64,000 bases of DNA from Gammaproteobacteria bacterium (lineage in GTDB: Bacteria > Pseudomonadota > Gammaproteobacteria > JABABF01). Location: positions 992,001 to 1,056,000 of the forward strand of contig OZ250153.1 in NCBI GenBank assembly GCA_965237805.1. The letters are read 5' to 3'. Positions 21,701-29,543 of this stretch are shown here, piece by piece. Position numbers and translations under genes: made by a program. The stretch's first letter is position 1. Each line of letters begins with the position of its first letter. The notes beneath the pieces were generated by a model. That model searched no databases and was not told the origin of the DNA. It was given only the letters and a program-made list of their open reading frames with translations.

Positions 21701-23300
21701 CCACATCCAACAGCGTCAGGCCCCACTGCTGCGCCGCACCTGCCACGTGCGGATACAGCGCCATGCGCACCGAGCCCGCGCGCAGCGGCGGTGCCACCCC
21801 CGTCACCTCCAAACTCACTGTGCCCCCCTCGTGATCCGACACCGACAGCGGGCCGCAAAAGTGAAACGATGCCGTCTCCTCCATCACGCAGTCCCAATCC
21901 CCAGACACCACTGGCAAGTGGTTCACCGACAACTGCAATATTCGTTCCGTGCGGTTCCCCGCGCTGTCCCGAAGCTCCAGCGCCAGCGCGTAACTGTCGC
22001 CTGCAAACTCCGCCCCCGCCAGCGCCCACAACCGACCGCTCTCGCTGTCCACCCGGAACAGGCCCTCCTCGGCACCGGCCGCCAAGTGGTAACTCAGCGC
22101 ACCGCCATCCGGATCCATCCCGCTCAGCCGACCCAGAGAGCGATCTACCGACAGCCGCCTCGGCAGCACCGACACTTGCAGGCCCGCGCCCAACATCGGC
22201 CCGCCCAGGTCGCCGACCTCTCTCACCGCCGCCCGCAGCCGCAACAACACCTCCTTCGCATTCAAATACGGCAGACCCAGCACGACCGACTCCGGCTGCA
22301 AGCCAGCACGGTGCGCCGTGTAAACAATGTAGCGACCGATCAGCAGACCGTCATCCGCCCCTACCGCCCCATCTCCCGTCACATCCCACAGCCCCTCCAC
22401 CGCCGCCACTGGCGCACGCCGCAGCTTGTCCATCAACACCAACTCCGCATCCAAACTGTCGGTACGACCGTCTTTGTTTACATCCAAATCGCCGCCCGAA
22501 CCCCGCACCAGCAACTGCACCTGCGCTGGTGCCAACGCCGCGCCGCCCACCTGCTCCACCGTCAACTCCACGCTCCCATGTAGTGCGTCCTGATCGTGCA
22601 ACACCGCCGTCAACTCCACGCTCAGCGTGCCGTAGGCACCACCGATCAAAGTCGTCTCGCCAACTATCCCCCCGTGGAAGGATGGTGTCGTCCCAGTGGA
22701 TGTCACCTTCTGCGACACCCGTACCCGGTAACTGCCATCCACCTCCACCACGCAGGGCAGGGTCGCAGCGCGCAAATGGCACGTCGCGTCCCCCGCCACC
22801 GCATGCACCGCCAGCTTCACCGTCGAGCGCTCGCCATGCCCCACACGACCACCCATCACCACCACCAGCAAACGCTCCGCCGTCACATCCACCGCTGGCC
22901 CCCTCGCCGCCGACAACCAGCCGCCCAAGGACACCGAAAACTCCCCCGCACCGCCATCGCTGGTCGGCCAATAGCGCAACTGCAAGCGCGCCATATGCGG
23001 CGCTCCGGTCAACGCTTCCAACTGCACGCCGGACACTCGACCCCGATCCACCTGCACCGACAGGCTGGGAGCCAACGCGGCTATATCCACCGACGTATCC
23101 ACGTCGCCTGAAGCGTCAGATACCCACAACTTCCAACTCAGCAGTGCGCCGCCCAACTCGCGCGACGCTGTCTCCTGTGCGCTGAACTCCGCCGATAACT
23201 GCAAGGCAGGCGGCGCTGCCCACGCCCCATTCACCAGTAGCGGAGACGGCAACAGCACAGCTAGCACAGCCAGCACAAGACCCACTCGAAGCACAGACAT
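15774..23300 (-). CDS. Giant secreted protein: signal peptide, dockerin-like pair, about 15 cadherin-like domains, C-terminal GH16-like domain
   Basis: Signal peptide MSVLRVGLVLAVLAVLLPSPLLVNGAWA; DVNKDGRTDSLD and DVTGDGAVGADD; repeated LDYE, A.D..G, V.V.D and RVLD..P.Y cadherin motifs; YELVWSAEF, FKYGYFE, EVDLFE, FFFNG, MKIDHIRLF. Confidence 0.8.
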   Translation of the reverse strand: MSVLRVGLVLAVLAVLLPSPLLVNGAWAAPPALQLSAEFSAQETASRELGGALLSWKLWVSDASGDVDTSVDIAALAPSLSVQVDRGRVSGVQLEALTGAPHMARLQLRYWPTSDGGAGEFSVSLGGWLSAARGPAVDVTAERLLVVVMGGRVGHGERSTVKLAVHAVAGDATCHLRAATLPCVVEVDGSYRVRVSQKVTSTGTTPSFHGGIVGETTLIGGAYGTLSVELTAVLHDQDALHGSVELTVEQVGGAALAPAQVQLLVRGSGGDLDVNKDGRTDSLDAELVLMDKLRRAPVAAVEGLWDVTGDGAVGADDGLLIGRYIVYTAHRAGLQPESVVLGLPYLNAKEVLLRLRAAVREVGDLGGPMLGAGLQVSVLPRRLSVDRSLGRLSGMDPDGGALSYHLAAGAEEGLFRVDSESGRLWALAGAEFAGDSYALALELRDSAGNRTERILQLSVNHLPVVSGDWDCVMEETASFHFCGPLSVSDHEGGTVSLEVTGVAPPLRAGSVRMALYPHVAGAAQQWGLTLLDVALDYESSTRHEVTVRATDALGDHFDWVGELRVLDVGGAPPRYVGDLEFELLEGGAPTRILGGGASAGRIVALDADGIELGLSHYQLWSVDSVLGSAAFSLVPDAANPASVTLRIEGPLYYLASSLHRVVGRITAAQGDYVDVQWLIRVLDDDDQPPRYTGLQEISITEGRRWIAGLAAEDTQGNALGWRHFSLSVEESVLGAEGFTVAPWGGDQFTPYLQASRVLYYAESALHRLVLRVDGDGIAGGDDYVQTTLTLRVLDRPGPFYTGWTELVAKNSRWLGGLGAEDAGGTALSWEHFSVSVEDSVLAADGFTIVPWSVDQFTPYLRASQVLSYAESSLHRLVLRVDDIVGGGGDYVLVPLTLRVLSDDSVPPSYTGQTELSVLEGARLVDGLSATDQYGVALDYTRFALQVENSVLGANGFAVVAAPSDGFTPVLEASRVLDYEESSLHRLVLRVSDARGAYHEQALLLRVLDRPGPFYTGWTELAAKNSRWLSGLSAEGEDGTALSWEHFSVSVEDSVLGADGFTIVRWSGDQFTPYLRASQVLSYAESSLHRLVLRVDDIAGGGGGHVLVPLTLRVLPDDSVPPSYTGWTEHSALEGVRAVGGLGATDQYGVALGWTHFEVRVEDSVFGAEGFTIVPWSQDQFTPYLRALRVLDYEESSLHRLVLRVSDARGAYREQELLLRVLDRPGAVVYTGLTEISVDEGARWIGGLSAQDAAGAAVGYTHFSVVAEDSVLAADGFTIVRWSGDQFTPYLKASPALDYEESSQHRLVLTVTDAQGEPTKVSLLLLVRDRPDPVYTGWTEYSVLEGAGQSTAVVGGLSAVDAWPASLDYTHFSVAVEDSVLGAGAFSVVPVSTADQTAALQIAGRLDYEESSLHRLVLTVTDRWGETAEQRLLLRVLDRPGAVVYTGLTEISVDEGARWIGGLSAQDAAGAAVGYTHFSVVAEDSVLAADGFTIVRWSGDQFTPYLKASPALDYEESSQHRLVLTVTDAQGEPTKVSLLLLVRDRPDPVYTGWTEYSVLEGAGQSTAVVGGLSAVDAWPASLDYTHFSVAVEDSVLGAGAFSVVPVSTADQTAALQIAGRLDYEESSLHRLVLTVTDRWGETAEQRLLLRVLDRPGAVVYTGLTEISVDEGARWIGGLSAQDAAGAAVGYTHFSVVAEDSVLAADGFTIVRWSGDQFTPYLKASPALDYEESSQHRLVLTVTDAQGEPTKVSLLLLVRDRPDPVYTGWTEYSVLEGAGQSTAVVGGLSAVDAWPASLDYTHFSVAVEDSVLGAGAFSVVPVSTADQTAALQIAGRLDYEESSLHRLVLTVTDRWGETAEQRLLLRVLDDGHALPVYSGPTSCAFEERDGESAVRRCGPLLAWDAGGDELSWSLGSVESALPATAFSIEQQGESHWLRIEGELDYEQWREHRVTLRVANSSEVVETELLITVKDSPYSEFHTMRQSVYLPAASDITGLLARYEVKRAPLRWELMVAELTRGGQTFHFRIDRQGGIWTDTTLTASQQQLLRGAELSLRLVYEDAVLEGTLAFVGSFSLNPCASHSPYMVSAAFDQMSRAEKRQCWMRAWMPEALDVRRSALDHAERAAILADLQSGLSYAKEHYELVWSAEFNDYDEEAETVIEYLRRIGLLPAWYEERYGDRHALIEQLYPTAWTRALDVRDGELWLGVARRPPRYSALPCTSTQTAGCSHIAATLASEVEFKYGYFEVQVADTLPAMEAPIVYGSDTPASGLVLHARYPAVVGADVRAYWLAEGAAGSTAQRSVPNSTAMVGMPVFMFPNTAREQLELQGTEVDLFENHETTIYTAGGSGGGLQFLVNHLGGLDAVGRADAVALGDSWSWPIAGATRVYGQKWGINDNDPATKKSYKMGYEITPAGYKFFFNGKFINNGSNQFHPNPIGVECNQYPHSVNRNPYITCGIPHSPLLLRLNMPAAHLHTGLDPIYMKIDHIRLFKPKGVKAGYADLTPVYH
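17707..19656. repeat. Three 645-bp tandem copies (plus 15 bp), each encoding two cadherin-like domains (215 aa)
   Basis: ACCCGCAGCAGCAAC recurs at 17707, 18352, 18997 and 19642; the translated units are identical. Confidence 0.95.
19657..20930. repeat. Two diverged 642-bp tandem copies (214 aa, two cadherin-like domains each)
   Basis: AGAAGGGGCCGGG at 20261 and 20903; the RPGPFYTGWTEL.AKNSRWL unit is repeated with substitutions. Confidence 0.85.
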
Positions 23301-23825
23301 CGTCTGCAAAACCAATCTCAATACTTAGCGCGGGAACACCGCGCCACGGAGATCCTCACAGTCACTGGCAGACACAACGACCAGCCAGCTCCATGCCGCT
23401 CCGCGACTTAGGCGGCCAGACCGCATGGCTTTGGGACATACATAATATGCCGTGATCCCCCCAAAAAATCTATTTACTATAACACCACACCGTGGACCAT
23501 ACAAGCGACAATGTGAAGAATGATCGCATAGCGGCATGCCGCAAAATTCTATATTGCAAGGTGTGGCAAAGCAGCTGTAGCGAGGAGTCGCCTCAGGGGC
23601 GGAACAACTCTAACCAAACAATGTGGTGCCTTGTCAAAGCCATTCTTCGCGCCAAGCTTGGCCTTAGCTTGAGGCAACCGACCCCCTTAAAGGAGGCATC
23701 ATCAAGGATCGTGACGGCAACATTTCAACACCAATTGACATGCTAACATAGCGTGGATGCGGTCAATAGCACCAAGCAATTATGGGAAGATTGGCAACAA
23801 CTCTGCCAGCGCTCAGGGGCGCGGC

Positions 23826-25121
23826 GTGACTGCCGCCCTGCCGCAGGACACCATGGCGTTGCGGCAGCTGGAAGCAGAGTTAAGCGCGTCGTATGTAGCG
23901 TGGCGACAACGCGGCCTCAAGCTGGACTTGACACGCGGCAGGCCCGGACCGGAACAAGTCGCCTTGGCCTCGGCGCTGGACGGTGTGCTGGGTGGCGATT
24001 TTTGCACCGAGAGCGGCACCGATACCCGCGGTTACGGCGGTTTGCTCGGCATTCCCGAAGCGCGACGCCTATTGGGCGAGCTGTTGCAGGCACCCCCCGA
24101 GCAGAGTTTGGTCGGCGGCAACAGCAGCTTGGAGCTGATGTATCGTTGCCTCAGTTTCGCCTATCTGCACGGCATCGGCAACCAGCCACCATGGCGCGAG
24201 CAGGGGACGGTGCGCTTCCTGTGTCTGACACCGGGCTACGATCGCCATTTCCGCATCTGCGAGGCATTGGGCATTGAGATGACAGCCGTGCCTTTGGGCG
24301 CGGCAGGTCCCGACATGGATGTCGTCGATGAAGCCGTCGCCGACCCAGCGGTGAAGGGCATCTGGTGCGTACCGCGCTTCTCCAACCCCTCTGGCATATG
24401 CTACAGCGAGGAGACCGTGGTGCGCATGGCTCGGCTCGGGCAACGCGCGGCCCCGGATTTCCGCCTGTTCTGGGATCTGGCCTACGCCATACACGCTTTC
24501 TCCCCAGACGCACCCGAGCCACCCTCGGGACTGCTCGGCTTGTGCAGCCAAGCTGGCACCGAGGACAGCGCACTGCTGTTTGGCTCCACCTCGAAAATCA
24601 GCTTCGCCAGCGGCGGGGTGGCAGCCTTGGCCAGCTCGGCAGGCAACCTCGAGTGGTTCAGCCGCCACTTGGCGGTGACCACCGTGGGACCAGACAAAGT
24701 CAACCAGCTGCGCCACACACGGCTCTTCCCAAACCTCGATGCCCTGCGCGAGCATATGCGCGGCCACGCCGCCCTGTTGCGCCCGCGCTTCGCCGCCGTG
24801 GACAGCGTGTTGAGCGCCGAATTGGGCGATCGGGAGCAGAGCCCCTACGGACGCTGGAATGCACCGTGCGGCGGATACTTCGTACTATTCAACACACTCC
24901 CCGGCTTGGCCACCACCGTGATCCAGCTGGCCGCCGAGGCGGGCCTCGCGCTGACACCGGCCGGTGCTACATGGCCGCTGGGCTTAGATCCGGCCGACAG
25001 CGACATCCGCATCGCTCCCACCGTGCCGAGCATCGCCGAACTCGAGCAAGCCATGGCGCTGTTCGCAAACTGCGTGCGCCTCGCCACCGTGCGGGCGGCG
25101 CTGGCCGAGCGCGGCGGCTGA
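23826..25121 (+). CDS. PLP-dependent aminotransferase class I/II (Rv3722c/Corynebacterium AspT-like family)
   Basis: LKLDLTRGRP, GGNSSL, PGYDRHF, WCVPRFSNP, STSKISF, GPDKVNQLRH, IRIAPT; start uncertain. Confidence 0.88.
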   Translation: MTAALPQDTMALRQLEAELSASYVAWRQRGLKLDLTRGRPGPEQVALASALDGVLGGDFCTESGTDTRGYGGLLGIPEARRLLGELLQAPPEQSLVGGNSSLELMYRCLSFAYLHGIGNQPPWREQGTVRFLCLTPGYDRHFRICEALGIEMTAVPLGAAGPDMDVVDEAVADPAVKGIWCVPRFSNPSGICYSEETVVRMARLGQRAAPDFRLFWDLAYAIHAFSPDAPEPPSGLLGLCSQAGTEDSALLFGSTSKISFASGGVAALASSAGNLEWFSRHLAVTTVGPDKVNQLRHTRLFPNLDALREHMRGHAALLRPRFAAVDSVLSAELGDREQSPYGRWNAPCGGYFVLFNTLPGLATTVIQLAAEAGLALTPAGATWPLGLDPADSDIRIAPTVPSIAELEQAMALFANCVRLATVRAALAERGG

Positions 25122-25184
25122 GCGCCATCTCAACAAGACCAGCCAAACCGAATCATTGCGCCGATGCGGGGCGCGCAAGCTGGC

Positions 25185-25562
25185 TCAGTTGTTGCCATCC
25201 CGATTCGGCAGCTTGGACAGTGAGCTCGGCAAGGGCAAGCGGGTGATATTACTCTGATCGCTATTCTTGCCATCGGTGATGCGGGCAGTGCCGCGACGCT
25301 CGACCTCGTCGATGCGCAATACCGATGCGATCGGCAGGAAAACCCGCCCCACATCTTGAAATTCGGCTCGCAAACGCTCCTCAGAAGTATCGACAATCGT
25401 GCGGCCGCGCTCACCGAATAAAAACTCCTCCACTTCGATGAAGCCGTAGAGGTCGCTCTGGTAAACCCCGCGCACATAGACCTCGTAGACTCGACCCTGT
25501 TGCGCGAACAGTACGCGGTAGACGGGGTTGGGTTCTTTTTTCTTGCTACGGCTTTCAGCCAT
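25185..25562 (-). CDS. DUF1820 family protein
   Basis: YRVLF.QQGRVYEVY, GFIEVEEFLFGER, D.SEERL..EF, RIDEVE. Confidence 0.8.
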   Translation of the reverse strand: MAESRSKKKEPNPVYRVLFAQQGRVYEVYVRGVYQSDLYGFIEVEEFLFGERGRTIVDTSEERLRAEFQDVGRVFLPIASVLRIDEVERRGTARITDGKNSDQSNITRLPLPSSLSKLPNRDGNN

Positions 25563-25699
25563 CTTGCAATGCACTCCGGCGAGTTAAGGATTTGACACTG
25601 CGGCACCCCGCCGCCACTACAGACTCTCTGAAGCCTGCGGCAAGGCGGCAATAACGCACCGCAACACCGTTGAATTCTAGCACAAAGCGGCGCTTGAGT

Positions 25700-26125
25700 T
25701 CAGCCGCTCATCGACGCGTGGTGGATGAATTGCACCGAGCTGCCATCCGGGGCGCAGCAATAAAAACTGCGTGCCCCGTCGCGGTGAGTGGCGGGTGGCT
25801 TCAGCAGTTGCACACCGGCCGCGCACAGATAATCGTGCCAGCAATCCACGGCCTCAGCACTGACCATGGCGAAGCCGATATGATCCAAGGCTCCGGGCGG
25901 AACCGCCCCCCGCCGCCGGTGCAGGGCCAGATTGTCGCTACCCGAACACAGATAGGCATTGTCCTCGTCAGGACGCCATTCCACCGCCATGCCCACCAAG
26001 CGCGTGAAGAAGTCCAGCGTCGCCTCGTAGGCATCATCGGACACATAGAGAGCGACATGTCGCAGACCCAGTAGCCCCCCGGGGCGGGACGCCCCCAGCT
26101 CAGCGGGTACCGTGCGCGCGCTCAC
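25700..26125 (-). CDS. VOC/glyoxalase family protein
   Basis: GLRHVAL, DNLALH, LDHIGF, HRDGARSFY..PDG. Confidence 0.88.
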   Translation of the reverse strand: MSARTVPAELGASRPGGLLGLRHVALYVSDDAYEATLDFFTRLVGMAVEWRPDEDNAYLCSGSDNLALHRRRGAVPPGALDHIGFAMVSAEAVDCWHDYLCAAGVQLLKPPATHRDGARSFYCCAPDGSSVQFIHHASMSG

Positions 26126-26553
26126 TCAGCCACCAGCTCGTAGGAGTGGCTGATCGCAACACCAGCCGCCGCGAGCATGATGGAGGCTGAGCAATAGCGC
26201 GTGGCCGATAGCTCCACGGCACGGGCCACGCGATCCTCGCGCAACGCCTTGCCACGCACCGAGAAATGCATGCGCAATGCGGTAAACACCGCCGGTTCGG
26301 CCTCCGCACGTTCGGCCTCGATGCGCAGCTCGCAAGCGCTGACCTGTTGGCGCGAACGGCGCAGGATGTGGACGATGTCAAAGGCGGCACAACCGCCGAC
26401 ACCAAGCAACAGCGTCTCCATCGGTCGCGGACCTCGATTCTCACCGCCGTGGGTGGGCGGCCCGTCCATGCGCAACGTGTGTCCACTACCGCTCTCGCCC
26501 TCGAAGCAGGCTGCACCGCGCCAGTGCACGGTGGCACTCATCGTCTCGCCCAT
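26122..26553 (-). CDS. OsmC family protein (YhfA-like)
   Basis: SGH.L.MDG, GPRPME.LL.GVGGC, ELS..RYCSAS; GGAGGAG RBS upstream. Confidence 0.92.
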   Translation of the reverse strand: MGETMSATVHWRGAACFEGESGSGHTLRMDGPPTHGGENRGPRPMETLLLGVGGCAAFDIVHILRRSRQQVSACELRIEAERAEAEPAVFTALRMHFSVRGKALREDRVARAVELSATRYCSASIMLAAAGVAISHSYELVAE

Positions 26554-26646
26554 CGCTCCTCCGCCCGGCACCTCAAGTTCAGTCGAGCATAGCGCAAAGC
26601 GGGCAGAAGTGTCGGCAAACCGTCCCCAAGCCTGCGCAGCCTAGGC

Positions 26647-27474
26647 TCAAGCAGGCCCCAAGTTGTCACCGAACAATGCATGCAGGGCATCCCCCGGCAT
26701 CTCGGCACGCATCAGCGCTTCACCGACCAAAAAGCAATGTACCTCGCGGGAGCGCATGGCGACGACATCTGCCACTTTGGCAATGCCGCTCTCGGTCACC
26801 GCCAATCGCCCCGGCGGCAAATGCGGTAGCAGCTCCCAGGTGGTTTCGAGCCGGATCTGAAAATTGCTCAGATCGCGGTTGTTGATGCCGATCAACGGTG
26901 TCTCAACACCATGAGCAACGGACATCTCAGCTGCGCTGTGCACCTCCAACAATACATCGAGGCCGAGCTCCGCGGCGTGCGAAGCCAACGCTGCCAGCCG
27001 CTCCGGCATGTCAGTGAAGGCCGCGGCAATCAGTAGCACACAGTCGGCACCCAAGGCACAACTCTCGTAGAGCTGATACTCGTCGACGATGAAATCCTTG
27101 CGCAACACCGGCAACGCCGTGGCGGCGCGCGCCTGCTCAAGATGCGTGTTGGCACCGTGGAAGAAGTGCTCATCCGTCAACACCGACAGCGCCGCCGCGC
27201 CGTGCGCCTCATAGTCGGCGGCGATGGCGGCGGGCCGGTAATCCTCCCGCAACACTCCAACGCTGGGCGAAGCCCGCTTCAGTTCGGCGATGACCCCCAC
27301 CGCGCCAACCTCCAGTCGTTGCCGCAAGGCATCGGCGAAGGGGCGGCGGTCACGGCGGCGCGCCGCCCGACGCTCCAACGCAGCCCGCGGCTCAGCGGCG
27401 GTGCGGGCGGCAACTTCGCGGCGCTTGTGCGCGATAATGCGCGCCAACATACCGTCCGGCGGGGCGGCGGTCAT
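26647..27474 (-). CDS. trpC: Indole-3-glycerol phosphate synthase
   Basis: IAELKRASPS, LSVLTDEHFF, LRKDF, LEVH, GINNRDL, TESGI, LVGEALM. Confidence 0.97.
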   Translation of the reverse strand: MTAAPPDGMLARIIAHKRREVAARTAAEPRAALERRAARRRDRRPFADALRQRLEVGAVGVIAELKRASPSVGVLREDYRPAAIAADYEAHGAAALSVLTDEHFFHGANTHLEQARAATALPVLRKDFIVDEYQLYESCALGADCVLLIAAAFTDMPERLAALASHAAELGLDVLLEVHSAAEMSVAHGVETPLIGINNRDLSNFQIRLETTWELLPHLPPGRLAVTESGIAKVADVVAMRSREVHCFLVGEALMRAEMPGDALHALFGDNLGPA

Positions 27475-28529
27475 GCGTCCTCGGTGCTGTCCTCTGCCAG
27501 CACCCGCGTAAAAGCCGTCAACTCGCGCAGCTTCTCGGCCGCTTGGCCGGTGGCAAGCAGATCCCGCGCCAATTCGCAACCCAGCGCCATGCTGTCCGTG
27601 ATGCCGCCCAGATAGAGCGCCGCGCCACCGTTCAGCGCCAAGATCTCGGCGGCATCCGATGCCTTGCCCGCCAGTGCGGCACGCAGCAACTGAGCACTGT
27701 GAGCCGGGTCGCGCACCGTCAAAGCAGCCAGCGAGGCCCCCTCGCAACCCAGTGCCTCCGGGCGCAACTCGTATTCGCGAATGTCGCCATCGTCGCACAA
27801 TTCGGCCACCGCTGTCGGTGCGGCGGAGCTGATCTCATCCAAACCATCGTGCGAATGGACGACCAAAGCGCGCTCCGCACCCAGCTCGCGCAACACCTCG
27901 GCCATCGGCACCAGCCAACGCGCCGCGAAGACTCCCACCAGCTGGCGCCGCGCACCGGCCGGGTTGGATAGCGGGCCGATCAAATTGAACACCGTGCGCA
28001 ATCCCAGTGCGCGCCGCACCGCGCCGACATGGCGCATCGCACCGTGGTGGTGCGGCGCAAACAAGAAGCCGACACCGACTCCCTCTATGCAACGCGCCAC
28101 CTGAGCGGGACTCAAAGTCAAATGCACCCCCAGCGCCTCCAGCACATCGGCGCTACCACTGTTGCCACTGGCGGCGCGGTTGCCGTGCTTGGCGACAAAA
28201 GCGCCGCCAGCCGCCGCCACCAGCGCCGCACCGGTCGACACATTGAACAGCTGGGCACCATCCCCACCAGTGCCGCAAGTATCCAGCAAAGGACCTGGCA
28301 CATCGACTTGCACCGTGGTCATCAGACGGCGCAGCTCCAACGCCGCCGCCGCGATCTCTGCTGGCACCTCGCCTTTGATGGACAGTGCTGTCAGCAGGCC
28401 GCCCAGTGGCACCGGATCGGCCTCGCCCGCCATGATCTCCCGCATCACCGTCGCCATCTGCTCGCGTGACAAGTCGGCACCACCCGCCACCCGTGCCAGT
28501 GCATCCTGCAGACTGTAGGCCGCTGCCAT
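27471..28529 (-). CDS. trpD: Anthranilate phosphoribosyltransferase
   Basis: DTCGTGGDG, FNVST, KHGNR, GSADVLEALG, RTVFN, DGLDEIS. Confidence 0.97.
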   Translation of the reverse strand: MAAAYSLQDALARVAGGADLSREQMATVMREIMAGEADPVPLGGLLTALSIKGEVPAEIAAAALELRRLMTTVQVDVPGPLLDTCGTGGDGAQLFNVSTGAALVAAAGGAFVAKHGNRAASGNSGSADVLEALGVHLTLSPAQVARCIEGVGVGFLFAPHHHGAMRHVGAVRRALGLRTVFNLIGPLSNPAGARRQLVGVFAARWLVPMAEVLRELGAERALVVHSHDGLDEISSAAPTAVAELCDDGDIREYELRPEALGCEGASLAALTVRDPAHSAQLLRAALAGKASDAAEILALNGGAALYLGGITDSMALGCELARDLLATGQAAEKLRELTAFTRVLAEDSTEDA

Positions 28530-28540
28530 CGCGCCCCGCC

Positions 28541-29137
28541 TCAGTGTGCCGACACGGCAGGCAGGGTGTCGAGGAAATTGCGCAACATCGCGTGGCCCCA
28601 TTCGCTGGCGATCGATTCGGGATGGAATTGCACGCCCTCCATCGGTAACTCCCGATGGCGCAAGCCCATGATCTCGTCGACATCGCCGTCTTCGTCACAA
28701 GTCCAAGCGCTGATCTCCAGACAGTCTGGCAGCCCCTCGTGCGCCACCACCAAAGAGTGGTAGCGAGCAGCTGTGAATGGACTCGGCAACCCCCGGAAGA
28801 CACCGCGGCCATCGTGGCACACCTCCGAGGTCTTGCCATGCATGACACGGCGTGCGCGCACCACACGCCCGCCCAGCGCTTGGCCGATGCTCTGGAGACC
28901 GAGGCAGATGCCGAACAGTGGCAGCTGACCGCTGTGGCGCACCGCCGCCATTGAGACCCCCGCCTCGTTCGGCGTGCAAGGTCCCGGCGAGAGCACAAGG
29001 CCGCGTGGCGCACGGTGCCGGATATCCTCCACTTCTATGGCATCGTTGCGCACCACCTCAACTTCAGCACCCAGCTCCTCCAAGTACTGAACGATGTTGT
29101 AGGTAAAAGAATCGTAGTTGTCGATGACTAGCAGCAT
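28541..29137 (-). CDS. trpG: Anthranilate/ADC synthase component II
   Basis: [33 protein letters not shown]. Confidence 0.95.
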   Translation of the reverse strand: MLLVIDNYDSFTYNIVQYLEELGAEVEVVRNDAIEVEDIRHRAPRGLVLSPGPCTPNEAGVSMAAVRHSGQLPLFGICLGLQSIGQALGGRVVRARRVMHGKTSEVCHDGRGVFRGLPSPFTAARYHSLVVAHEGLPDCLEISAWTCDEDGDVDEIMGLRHRELPMEGVQFHPESIASEWGHAMLRNFLDTLPAVSAH

Positions 29138-29543
29138 GGTGCCCTCCAGCCCGCGTAGCGCTCAAAGTGCGGGACGATGGGGTGGCTCTAGTGTAGCGCC
29201 CTAGGCAATGGCAGTGGTGACGGCGCAAGCGGGCAAGCGCCTCTGCCCAAATCGAGCCCCACTTCTCAAATGATGGAGCGGATAGCTCGTTTGATGCTGG
29301 TTGACGCGATCAAGCTGATCTGCAGCTATCAACCAATCTGCCGTCACAAGTCGAGCAACATCTCAACTGCTCCCCAGCTCCCGTCGCACCACCGCAACCG
29401 CCTTGCTGGGTGCCTGTGAATATCGCATGATCTGTGGATGAATGCGGTGACCGATGATCGGCACCGTCGATCTCAGGCGGGTGGAACGGTAGCCAGCGCA
29501 AAGTGTAGCGCCCCGTCAAGCGGCCACGGGCGGGGGACGCGAC

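Noticed and set aside
21132-23185. Long His/Arg- and Pro-rich + strand ORFs (483 and 549 aa)
   Set aside because: Shadows of the G-skewed giant gene on the opposite strand
23325-23537. In-frame upstream ORF, suggesting stop-codon readthrough into the giant gene
   Set aside because: A good signal peptide begins after the TAA, and the upstream peptide looks non-coding
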